Shown: positions 18,460 to 27,129 of the stretch, piece by piece
How the letters are laid out: every line of letters starts with the position of its first letter
Position numbering within the stretch: the first letter of the stretch is position 1
Assembly: GCA_031278545.1 (NCBI GenBank)
Contig: JAITKF010000062.1
Location: 4,994 to 68,993, forward strand
Direction: 5' to 3'
Source of the DNA: Prevotellaceae bacterium
GTDB lineage: Bacteria > Bacteroidota > Bacteroidia > Bacteroidales > UBA932
DNA: 64,000 bases
Program-made: the position numbers and the translations under genes
The notes under the pieces: model-generated
Database searches by the model: none
Told to the model about the DNA's origin: nothing
The model's input: the letters and a program-made list of their open reading frames with translations, nothing else

Positions 18460-18554
18460 GTTTTTTTATATTTTGGTTAATTGTTTATACAGGCCATGAG
18501 TGCGGAGGGGCGTTGTGATAATATCGATGGTAGCCGCCCGAACAGTTTTTTGGG

Positions 18555-18759
18555 GGAATCCGACGCGTCGGGAAACGTCCTGCGCGTTTCGGGAAGGAAT
18601 CCGACGTGTCGGATTTTGTCCTGCGTGTTTCGGGAAGGAATCCGACGCGTCGGATTTTGTCCTGCGCTGTTCGGGAAGGAATCCGACGTGTCGGGAAGCG
18701 TCCTGCGCTGTTCGGGAAGGAATCCGACGCGTCGGGAGACGTCCTGCGCTGTTCGGGAC
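18555..18759. repeat. Tandem array, 5 x 41 bp, each unit bearing the palindrome TCCGACG(C/T)GTCGG
   Basis: Unit starts fall at 18555, 18596, 18637, 18678 and 18719, an exact 41-bp period. The array is GC-rich within AT-rich intergenic DNA. Confidence 0.95.
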
Positions 18760-18858
18760 GACGTCCCCACGTAGTGGGATAGCTGCCGGAGCGGGAATTT
18801 TCGTCATATTTTATGGTAAATAGAGGTATCATGTATTCGTCGTTTAAAAAACCAGCTG

Positions 18859-18866
18859 CAAAGATA
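18859..18866 (-). promoter_or_regulatory. -7 promoter box (TATCTTTG on minus strand) upstream of the 41-bp array and paralog A
   Basis: The plus strand reads CAAAGATA. I see no other CAAAnnTA between here and the ATG at 18459. Confidence 0.5.
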
Positions 18867-18988
18867 ATATAAAATATTTAAATATGTACACGTGTGTGCA
18901 TAATAAATGATGAAAAATAAACAAATGATAAAAAAAAAGTAGGTTAGAGGGGGAGGAGTGGGGTGTGGGCGTATCCGAAAAAAAACGC

Positions 18989-18996
18989 TACATTTG
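18989..18996 (+). promoter_or_regulatory. -7 promoter box TACATTTG for the alpha-2-macroglobulin gene
   Basis: TAnnTTTG match, 22 nt upstream of the ATG at 19019. Confidence 0.6.
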
Positions 18997-19018
18997 TCGT
19001 TCAATTTTTATAATCAAC

Positions 19019-22000
19019 ATGAAACAGTTTATCCCTTTTGTGATGGCAGCCGTCGTAATGCTGCAATTAAGCGCATGTGGCGGGCCGGCGCCGTCGACCG
19101 GCGATTTTAATCCCTATATTACGGCTTGCACCGGCGGCCACGCCGTGTCGACGAACGACGTTGTTCAGGTGCGTCTGGCCGTCGACTATTATGAACGGAC
19201 GGACGACGACGAGCTCCTCCGCAATCTCTTCAAAATATCCCCCGCCGCCGCCGGCGAAGCCTTCTGGGTCGATGGTAATACTGTCGGCTTCCGGCCGGCC
19301 AAGCGCCTCCGGAGCGGAACGGAATATACCGTACGGTTTCACGTCGCCAAACTATTCCCCGAAGCCGGCGACGGATACGAAACCTTCACCTTCTCTTTCA
19401 CTACCGTCAAACCCTCGTTCACCTATAATATATATGGCCTGCAAATCTACGACGACGATAACCCCGACACCTATTACCTGAAAGGTAGCGTCCTCACGGC
19501 CGACGCCGCCGACGCCGCCGACGTCGAGAAATTGCTGGCCGTCCGCGTCGACGGGCATAAGGCCAACGTGCAATGGCAGCATGAAGAATCGAACGTCAAT
19601 GAACATTCCTTTACCGTCGGAAACCTGCACGCCCGCGAAACGCCATACCACATCCTCCTCAACTGGTCGGGAAAACCTATCGGCTACGACTTCATGGCCG
19701 CCGACACCGTCGCCGTCCCCAAGAAGGGCGCCTTCACGGTGCTCGGCGTAAAAGTTAACGCCGATAATAATTCCATTGAATGCCATTTCTCGCAGCCGCT
19801 CGACGGCCGGCAAAAGTTCGCTTCCTTCATACAACTGGACTTCCCCGGCACGCCCCACTTCATGGCCTCCTCCAATAAACTGGAAATATTCCTGCCCCGT
19901 AAACCAACCCTGCCCGTCAAACTGACCATCAGCAAAGACCTGCGCGCCAAATCCGGCGAAACACTCGCCGGCGACTACGATACCTCGCTCCTCTTCGAGG
20001 AACTTAAACCGCTGGTGCGCGCCATCGGCAAAGGCGTCATCATGCCCAACTCGCCGGGGCTGACGTTGCCCTTTCAAGCCGTCAGCCTCCGCGCCGTCGA
20101 CGTCCTCGTATACCGTACCTACGAAAGTAATATCCTCCAGTTTTTACAAGTGAACAACCTCGACGGACGCCGCGAACTAAACCGCGTCGCAAAACCCATC
20201 GCCCGGAAAACCATCCGCCTCGACGAAAACAAATCCCTCGACCTCCGCCAGTGGAATACCTTCTCGATTGACCTCGCCTCCATCATATCCCCTGAACCCG
20301 GCGCCATCTACACCGTGAAAATCGCCTTCACCCGGAAATATTCCCTTTACAGCGCCTGCCCGGGTAGCGGCGTAAACGACGACGAGCTGCTCGAAAACAA
20401 ACCCAACAATGGTAACGCCTCCTACAACGACGACGACGACGACGGCGATGCTTACTACGAATACTACTATAGCGGTAGCAACCCCTGCTCCGAAAGCTAC
20501 TACTACGGCAGCAACCATTTTATTATACAAAATATACTGGCCACCGACATCGGGCTGGTCGCCAAACGCGGCAACGAAAACCATTATCTCGTATTCGTAA
20601 CCAGCCTGCTTACCGCGCAACCGATGAACGGCGTCAAAGTGGAACTTTACGACTACCAACAGCAGAAAATCGGTGAAGCGGTATCCGACGGCAATGGCGT
20701 CGCCCAACTCACCTTTACCGGCAAGCCCTACGTCATCGTCGCCCGGCAGGACGTCCAGAAAAGTTACCTGCGGATTGATAACGGACTGTCATTATCCCTA
20801 AGCACTTTCGACGTGTCGGGTACAAGAATGGAACGGGGACTGAAAGGCTACCTCTACGGCGAACGGGGAGTGTGGCGCCCGGGCGATACGCTCTTCCTTA
20901 CCTTCGTCCTCGAAGACCGCCTCCATACCCTGCCCGCCACGCACCCCGTAACCTTTGAACTCTACAACGTCAACAACCAGCTCGTAAGCCGGCAGGTACG
21001 TACCGAAGGCCAGAACGGGTTCTACACCTTCGCCTGCCCCACCGACCCCGACGCTCCTACCGGTAACTGGAATGCCTACGTGAAAGTCGGCGGCGCCAGC
21101 TTCAGCAAGACCCTGCGTATAGCGACCGTTAAACCCAACCGGATGAAGATAGAGGTAACGTTAGACCACGATCCCGTCGAAAGCGGCCAGCCCATCAGCG
21201 GCGCCATTGCCGCGCAATGGCTCCACGGCGCCAAGACCGCCGGCAACGAAGCCGACGTCGCCGTCGAGTTAACCCCCGTGCGAACCGTCTTCGACGCTTA
21301 CAAGGACTACAGCTTCGACGATATAACCAAACCATTCCCCGACCCCTGCGACGAGCGGCAGCGCGGCCGCCTTAACAGCGACGGCATCATGCGATTCAAC
21401 ATCCCCGTCAAAACAAACGAACAAACCTCCGGCAAACTGCGCGCCGACATCGCCGTCCGCGTCTTTGAAGACGGCGGCGAGTTCAGCGTCGACCGCTTCT
21501 CAGTCGAAGTGTCGCCCTACGACGCCTACGTGGGATTGAAAATGCCCAAGGGCGTCGGCTACTACGACCGCCTGCCAGCCAATATCGACCACACTTTTGA
21601 AGTCGTCGCCCTCAACGCTGCCGGTAAACCCCTGCGCCGGTCGCTCGACGTCGAAATCTTCCGCAACGAATGGAGCTGGTGGTGGTTCTCCGCCGACGGC
21701 AATCTTGCCGACTACTCCTACCGCCTCTTTAATAACCGCCTATTCTCCACGAAAATTCAAACCGGCGCTAACGGACGCGCCTCGTTCACCTATAAATTAG
21801 AGTACCCCGAATGGGGACTGCTGCTCGTCCGCGTAACCGATCCCGAAAGCGGCCACCGCGTCACGCGCAAAGCCTACATCGACTGGTGGGGCTACGGACG
21901 CGGCGAAGACAACGGCAATACCGGCGTCGCCATCCTCTCTTTCCAAACGGACAAAGACAAATATATGGCCGGCGAAAAAGCCGTCGTAACTATCCCCTCC

Positions 22001-24547
22001 AACGACGGCGCGAAGGCTATCGTATCCGTCGAAAAAGGCGGTCGCGTCATCTCCTCGTTCCGCGTCGATTGCAAAGGCCCCGAAACCGCCGTCACCATCC
22101 CCGCTACCGCTGAAATGACCCCCAACGCCTACATCGCCGTCACCCTGCTCCAACCCCACCGGCAAACACAAAACGACCTGCCTATGCGCCTCTACGGCGT
22201 CATCCCGCTCATGGTCGAAGACCCCGCTACGCGCATCCAGCCCGTCATTAAAATGCCCGACATCATCCGCCCCGAACAGCCCTTTACCGTCCACGTCTCC
22301 GAAACCGGCGGCAAAGAAATGACCTACACCCTGGCCATCGTCGATGAAGGATTGCTCGACCTGACCCGCTTCAAAACGCCCGACCTGTGGGAATTTTTCT
22401 TTCAACGCGAGGCGCTGGGCGTCCGTACATGGGACCTGTACAACTATGTCATGGGCGCCTACGGCGGCAAAATAGAACAACTGTTCGCCATCGGCGGCGG
22501 CGATTTCCTCGACGCTTCCAAAGGCGACGACAAGGCCAACCGCTTCAAGCCTGTCGTCAAATTCGCCGGCCCGTTCACGTTGAAAGCCGGCAAAACCGCC
22601 GAACACCGCTTCACCATCTCCAACTACGTCGGGTCGGTACGCACGATGGTCGTCGCCGGCAACCGCACCGCCTACGGCCACGCCGATAAAACCACGCCCG
22701 TCCGCAGCCCGCTGATGGTGCAGGCAACCCTGCCGCGCGTCGTCGGCCCGGGCGAAGAAGTAACCTTGCCCGCCGCCATCTTCGCGATGGAACCGCAAGT
22801 CAAAAACGTCAAGGTAGAATTACAGTCCGGCGACCTCTTTGAACCGCTCGACGGCGTCGCCCGCACGCTCGTATTCCCCAAAACCGGCGACGAACTGGTG
22901 AAATTCCACCTGCGCGTCAAAAACAAATTAGGCGTCGCCCGCGTCAAAGTCATCGCCACTTCGGGCGCTGAGCGCGCAGAGAACGAAATCGAAATCGCCG
23001 TCCGCGCTGCCAATCCCACTGTCGTCCTCCATGAAACCGCCATCGTCAATAGCGCGCAAACAGTCAAACTCAATGTGAAATTACCCGGCCTCGAAGGAAC
23101 TAACTCCGCCCAACTCGAAGTCTCCAGCATCCCTCCGCTCAATCTGGGAACGCGCCTCAACTACCTCATGCAATACCCCCATGGATGCCTCGAACAAACG
23201 ACCTCCGCCGCATTCCCGCAGCTGTTCCTCCCCTTTGTCGTCGATATGCCCGACAAAGAAAAAGAACGCGCCGCTACCAACGTCAAAGCCGCCATCCAGC
23301 GCCTTGCTTACTTTGTCAGGCAGGACGGCAGCTTCAGCTACTGGCCCGGCGGAACAGGATACTCCTGCGAATGGACGAACAACTACGCCGGCCATTTCCT
23401 CATCGAAGCCGAACGAAAAGGATACAGTATCCCCGGAAATATGAAGGAAAACTGGCTCGCCTGCCAGCAAAAAACCGCCCGCAACTGGACCCCCACCGTC
23501 CGCAACGACCGCTACGCCTGTTCGCAGAACGACCTCATCCAGGCCTACCGCCTGTATGTTTTAGCGCTGGCTAAAAAAGAAGAACTAAGCGCTATGAACC
23601 GCCTCAAAGAACGTAGCGACCTTTCCGTGCAAGCCGGATGGATGCTCGCCGGCGCCTATGCGCTGGCCGGACAAAAAGAAGCCGCCCTCAAAATCGTGCA
23701 GAACCTCCCCGTCGACGCCCGCAACGCCTGCAACGGCGCCTCCGATACCTACGGTTCTGCCGACCGCGACGACGCTATTACGCTCGACGTCCTTACGCTT
23801 GTTGGAAATAAAGAGAACGCATTCCGAATGGCCAAACAAATCTCCGACGCCATGAATACCGACCGCTGGATGAGTACCCAGACAACCGCCTATTGCCTCT
23901 TAGCTCTCTCCAAGTACGCCCTCGACGAAAAAGGCGGCCTGTATTTCACCTACGCCCTCGGCAACGGCAAGCAACAAACCGTCAAATCCGCCAAATCGAT
24001 ATGGAATATCGCCCTCAACGACCTGCCCGCCGCCGCTCGCCATGCCCAAATAGCCTTCGACAATAAAGGCGGTAACACCCTCTTCGTCCGCCTCAGCGTA
24101 CACGGCACACCGCCCGCCGGCAGCGAACAGGCAGCTGAACATGACCTCGGCCTTACCGTCCGCTACCTCCACTCCGACGGCTCCGAAATAGACGTTGCAC
24201 GACTGGCGCAGGGAACCGATTTTGTGGCGGAAGTGCGCGTCAAAAACCCCGGCCAGCGCGGAAACTACGCCAACCTTGCATTGACGCAGATAGTTCCCTC
24301 CGGCTGGGAAATTACCGATGACCGCCTCCACGATGATGCCATGCCCGAAGGCGTAACGTACCGCGACCTCCGCGACGACCGCGTATACGCCTACTTCGAC
24401 CTCCGCGAAAACAGAACGCTAACCATCCGCCTCCACCTTCGCGCCGCTTACGTCGGCAAGTATTACCTTCCGGCCATCGCCTGCGAAGCCATGTACGACG
24501 CCGCCATCAGCGCTAATACCACAGGCAAACGCGTCGAAGTTTATTAA
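19019..24547 (+). CDS. Bacterial alpha-2-macroglobulin family lipoprotein (thioester type)
   Basis: About 1842 aa with the lipobox LQLSAC and the thioester motif GCLEQ in YPHGCLEQTTS. It has a long MG-domain region and is followed by pbpC. The track ORF starts at a GTG at 18965. Confidence 0.9.
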   Translation: MKQFIPFVMAAVVMLQLSACGGPAPSTGDFNPYITACTGGHAVSTNDVVQVRLAVDYYERTDDDELLRNLFKISPAAAGEAFWVDGNTVGFRPAKRLRSGTEYTVRFHVAKLFPEAGDGYETFTFSFTTVKPSFTYNIYGLQIYDDDNPDTYYLKGSVLTADAADAADVEKLLAVRVDGHKANVQWQHEESNVNEHSFTVGNLHARETPYHILLNWSGKPIGYDFMAADTVAVPKKGAFTVLGVKVNADNNSIECHFSQPLDGRQKFASFIQLDFPGTPHFMASSNKLEIFLPRKPTLPVKLTISKDLRAKSGETLAGDYDTSLLFEELKPLVRAIGKGVIMPNSPGLTLPFQAVSLRAVDVLVYRTYESNILQFLQVNNLDGRRELNRVAKPIARKTIRLDENKSLDLRQWNTFSIDLASIISPEPGAIYTVKIAFTRKYSLYSACPGSGVNDDELLENKPNNGNASYNDDDDDGDAYYEYYYSGSNPCSESYYYGSNHFIIQNILATDIGLVAKRGNENHYLVFVTSLLTAQPMNGVKVELYDYQQQKIGEAVSDGNGVAQLTFTGKPYVIVARQDVQKSYLRIDNGLSLSLSTFDVSGTRMERGLKGYLYGERGVWRPGDTLFLTFVLEDRLHTLPATHPVTFELYNVNNQLVSRQVRTEGQNGFYTFACPTDPDAPTGNWNAYVKVGGASFSKTLRIATVKPNRMKIEVTLDHDPVESGQPISGAIAAQWLHGAKTAGNEADVAVELTPVRTVFDAYKDYSFDDITKPFPDPCDERQRGRLNSDGIMRFNIPVKTNEQTSGKLRADIAVRVFEDGGEFSVDRFSVEVSPYDAYVGLKMPKGVGYYDRLPANIDHTFEVVALNAAGKPLRRSLDVEIFRNEWSWWWFSADGNLADYSYRLFNNRLFSTKIQTGANGRASFTYKLEYPEWGLLLVRVTDPESGHRVTRKAYIDWWGYGRGEDNGNTGVAILSFQTDKDKYMAGEKAVVTIPSNDGAKAIVSVEKGGRVISSFRVDCKGPETAVTIPATAEMTPNAYIAVTLLQPHRQTQNDLPMRLYGVIPLMVEDPATRIQPVIKMPDIIRPEQPFTVHVSETGGKEMTYTLAIVDEGLLDLTRFKTPDLWEFFFQREALGVRTWDLYNYVMGAYGGKIEQLFAIGGGDFLDASKGDDKANRFKPVVKFAGPFTLKAGKTAEHRFTISNYVGSVRTMVVAGNRTAYGHADKTTPVRSPLMVQATLPRVVGPGEEVTLPAAIFAMEPQVKNVKVELQSGDLFEPLDGVARTLVFPKTGDELVKFHLRVKNKLGVARVKVIATSGAERAENEIEIAVRAANPTVVLHETAIVNSAQTVKLNVKLPGLEGTNSAQLEVSSIPPLNLGTRLNYLMQYPHGCLEQTTSAAFPQLFLPFVVDMPDKEKERAATNVKAAIQRLAYFVRQDGSFSYWPGGTGYSCEWTNNYAGHFLIEAERKGYSIPGNMKENWLACQQKTARNWTPTVRNDRYACSQNDLIQAYRLYVLALAKKEELSAMNRLKERSDLSVQAGWMLAGAYALAGQKEAALKIVQNLPVDARNACNGASDTYGSADRDDAITLDVLTLVGNKENAFRMAKQISDAMNTDRWMSTQTTAYCLLALSKYALDEKGGLYFTYALGNGKQQTVKSAKSIWNIALNDLPAAARHAQIAFDNKGGNTLFVRLSVHGTPPAGSEQAAEHDLGLTVRYLHSDGSEIDVARLAQGTDFVAEVRVKNPGQRGNYANLALTQIVPSGWEITDDRLHDDAMPEGVTYRDLRDDRVYAYFDLRENRTLTIRLHLRAAYVGKYYLPAIACEAMYDAAISANTTGKRVEVY

Positions 24548-24634
24548 AGAGGACAGAAGAAGGAAGGAACGACAAACGACGAAGGAGGAAAGGTGAAAGG
24601 AGAAAAGCGAAGGAGGAAAGGAGAAGGAAGAATG
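24546..24634 (+). repeat. Polypurine (GA-rich) tract with duplicated CGAAGGAGGAAAGG
   Basis: By my count there are about 7 pyrimidines in about 84 nt. The 14-mer repeats at 24580-24593 and 24608-24621. Confidence 0.85.
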
Positions 24635-27046
24635 AACCATGACTCCATTGCCCCCAAACTCTCCGCTGCCCCAAAAAACCCAAAGAAGTCGAAATCCCAA
24701 TATGCTCCTCTTCTCAGGGAGGGGTTAGGGAGTGGCTTGCTCCTCCTCGCGCTCTTCCTTCTCCTTCCCGTCTCGTTTCAGCCACAGCCGACTTCTACCC
24801 TCGTCGTCAGCGCCGACGGACGCCTGATTGGCGCTAAAATCGCTGCCGACGGGCAATGGCGTTTCCCGCCCTCCGGCAAACTGTCCGAGAAATATATCCG
24901 CTGCGTCGTCACCTGCGAGGATAAACGCTTCTACGCTCACCCGGGTATTGACGTCATGGCCGTCGCCCGCGCCGCATGGACGAATATCCGGCGTCGTCGC
25001 ATCGTCGAGGGCGGCAGCACAATTACCATGCAGACCGTCCGTCTCATGCGCGGCAACCCCCGCCGCACGTTCCTCGAAAAAACCATCGAAGCCCTCCTCT
25101 CCCTGCGGCTCGAATGGCGTTATTCCAAAGCGGAAATCCTGCAACTTTACGCTGCCCACGCCCCCTTTGGCGGCAACGTCGTCGGCATTGACGCCGCCGC
25201 ATGGCGCTATTTCGGACGCCCGCCTGCCGACCTCTCGTGGGCCGAAGCCGCTATGCTGGCCGTCCTTCCAAACGCCCCCGCCATGATACATCCGGGACGC
25301 AACCGCGACCAATTACGGCAAAAGCGAAATACCCTGCTGTCGCAAATGTGCAACGCCGGCCACATCTCCCCCGACGATTTACTCTTGGCGCAGGCCGAAC
25401 TGTTACCCGACAAACCTCTGCCGCTCCCCTCCGACGCTCCGCACCTGCTTGAACGGATAGCTAAAACGAATGAAGGCGAGAATAACCGAACCTCTGTACT
25501 TTATGCTCTCCAGCAGCGCGCCAATGAAGTCATTGTACGGCATGCACGGCAGCAGCGGGGAAATCAGGTGCACAACATCGCCGCCCTTGTCCTCGAGAAC
25601 GAAACCGGACACGTACTTGCCTATATCGGCAACGCCCCTGCCGAAACTATCGCCATGCAAGGAGAACAGGTTGACATCATAACCGCCCCGCGAAGCACCG
25701 GCAGCATCCTTAAACCCTTTTTATACGCCGCCATGCTCGACGAAGGCGAACTCCTGCCTGCTATGCTCCTTCCCGACGTACCCACTTACATCAACGGATT
25801 TGTACCTCAAAACTACCTCAAATCCTACGATGGAGCAGTTGAAGCGCACCGTGCGCTTGAGCGTTCGCTAAACATCCCCGCCGTTTTACTTCTGCAACAA
25901 TACGGTGTAGCCCACTTTCAGGCGCTCCTGCAGCGTATGGGCTTCACCACAGTCACCGCCTCCCCCGACCATTACGGTCTTTCTTTAATCTTAGGCGGTG
26001 CGGAAACAACCCTGTGGGAAACAACCAATGCCTACGCTTCCATAGCACGCGTTGTCAACCGCTTTGCCAACCGCAACGGCCTCTATAGTCCTGACGATTG
26101 GACGTCCCCTCGTCTACTCCTAGATTCCTCCGTCGCCTCCAATCTGTCCACCGACCCTAAGGCGGAGGCGCTCCTCCTCAGTGCCTCCGCCTGTTGGCAA
26201 ATCCTCACCTCTCTCTCCGAAGTCAACCGTCCCGAAGGCGAATCCGAATGGCGACGCTTCCCCTCATCCCGGCGGATAGCATGGAAAACCGGCACAAGCT
26301 TCGGCAACCGCGATGCGTGGGCAGTCGGTACAACCCCGCAATATACCATCGGCGTATGGGTCGGCAACGCCACCGGCGAAGGCCGTCCCATGCTCACCGG
26401 CGTACAGGCTGCCGCCCCCGTACTCTTCGACTTGTTCAACCTTCTTCCCCCGACCACATGGTTTGCCCAGCCCCTCGACGAGATGACCCGTGTAGCCGTC
26501 TGTCGTCAAAGCGGCCACCGCGCCACCGACCTCTGCGCTGCCGTTGATTCCGTCTGGATTGTCAATGCAGGCCTCGATTCACGCCCCTGCCCCTATCACC
26601 TCCTCATTCACCTCGACCGCACGGAACGTTACCGTGTAACAAGCGACTGCGAAGATCCACACCGCATCGTTTCTAAACCGTGGTTCGTACTCCCGCCCGC
26701 GCAGGAACTCTATTACAAAACCCGACACTATAATTATATCCCCTTGCCGCCATATCATCCTGGCTGCCGCCCCGACGCCAAACCGCCAATGGATTTGCTC
26801 TACCCGCAAAACAATTTTCACATTGTCCTTGCCAAACAAATGGACGGCAGCATTGGCCGACTCATCATGCAGGCCGCTCATCGCCGCCCCGAAGCCATCC
26901 TCTATTGGCATCTCGACAACCAATACTTGGGAGCTACCGTCCACCCCCACCAAATGGCCGCCCTCCCCGACACCGGTCGGCACGTCGTTACCATAGTCGA
27001 TAACGAAGGCATGAGCCTGTCGCGGGTATTCAGGGTTAAACAATAA
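24632..27046 (+). CDS. pbpC: Penicillin-binding protein 1C (bifunctional transglycosylase/transpeptidase)
   Basis: Glycosyltransferase motifs EDKRFYAHPGID and GGSTITMQ. Transpeptidase motifs SILK (SxxK), SLN and KTGTS, plus a C-terminal PBP1C domain. The start is ambiguous between the GTG at 24593 and the ATG at 24632. Confidence 0.9.
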   Translation: MNHDSIAPKLSAAPKNPKKSKSQYAPLLREGLGSGLLLLALFLLLPVSFQPQPTSTLVVSADGRLIGAKIAADGQWRFPPSGKLSEKYIRCVVTCEDKRFYAHPGIDVMAVARAAWTNIRRRRIVEGGSTITMQTVRLMRGNPRRTFLEKTIEALLSLRLEWRYSKAEILQLYAAHAPFGGNVVGIDAAAWRYFGRPPADLSWAEAAMLAVLPNAPAMIHPGRNRDQLRQKRNTLLSQMCNAGHISPDDLLLAQAELLPDKPLPLPSDAPHLLERIAKTNEGENNRTSVLYALQQRANEVIVRHARQQRGNQVHNIAALVLENETGHVLAYIGNAPAETIAMQGEQVDIITAPRSTGSILKPFLYAAMLDEGELLPAMLLPDVPTYINGFVPQNYLKSYDGAVEAHRALERSLNIPAVLLLQQYGVAHFQALLQRMGFTTVTASPDHYGLSLILGGAETTLWETTNAYASIARVVNRFANRNGLYSPDDWTSPRLLLDSSVASNLSTDPKAEALLLSASACWQILTSLSEVNRPEGESEWRRFPSSRRIAWKTGTSFGNRDAWAVGTTPQYTIGVWVGNATGEGRPMLTGVQAAAPVLFDLFNLLPPTTWFAQPLDEMTRVAVCRQSGHRATDLCAAVDSVWIVNAGLDSRPCPYHLLIHLDRTERYRVTSDCEDPHRIVSKPWFVLPPAQELYYKTRHYNYIPLPPYHPGCRPDAKPPMDLLYPQNNFHIVLAKQMDGSIGRLIMQAAHRRPEAILYWHLDNQYLGATVHPHQMAALPDTGRHVVTIVDNEGMSLSRVFRVKQ

Positions 27047-27089
27047 GGATGAAAAGAGGAAAGTCGTTCCGTATTCCCGAATTAATTAG

Positions 27090-27097
27090 TACCTTTG
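27090..27097 (+). promoter_or_regulatory. -7 promoter box TACCTTTG for mutAB
   Basis: TAnnTTTG match, 33 nt upstream of the ATG at 27130. Confidence 0.6.
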
Positions 27098-27129
27098 TGA
27101 ACCCAAATTAAGAATACATTAAATAAAAT

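Noticed and set aside
18555-18759. Possible CRISPR arrays at 18555-18759 and 33548-33711.
   Set aside because: The units are directly adjacent with no unique spacers, there are only 4-5 copies, and no cas genes lie in the window. These are tandem repeats, not CRISPR.
18466-18832. Five overlapping ORFs of 97-115 aa on both strands across the 41-bp array.
   Set aside because: The repeat unit has no stop codon in five of six frames. Because 41 is not a multiple of 3, each ORF simply cycles through the frames of the same unit. The products are Arg/Pro/Ser-rich and have no plausible starts, so this is a repeat artefact.
19352-22798. Long antisense ORFs inside the A2M gene (19352-20077 at 241 aa, 21797-22798 at 333 aa, and others).
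   Set aside because: They lie opposite a conserved 1842-aa gene in GC-rich DNA. Their products are Gly/Val/Asp/Arg-rich with no recognisable motifs, so they are shadow ORFs.
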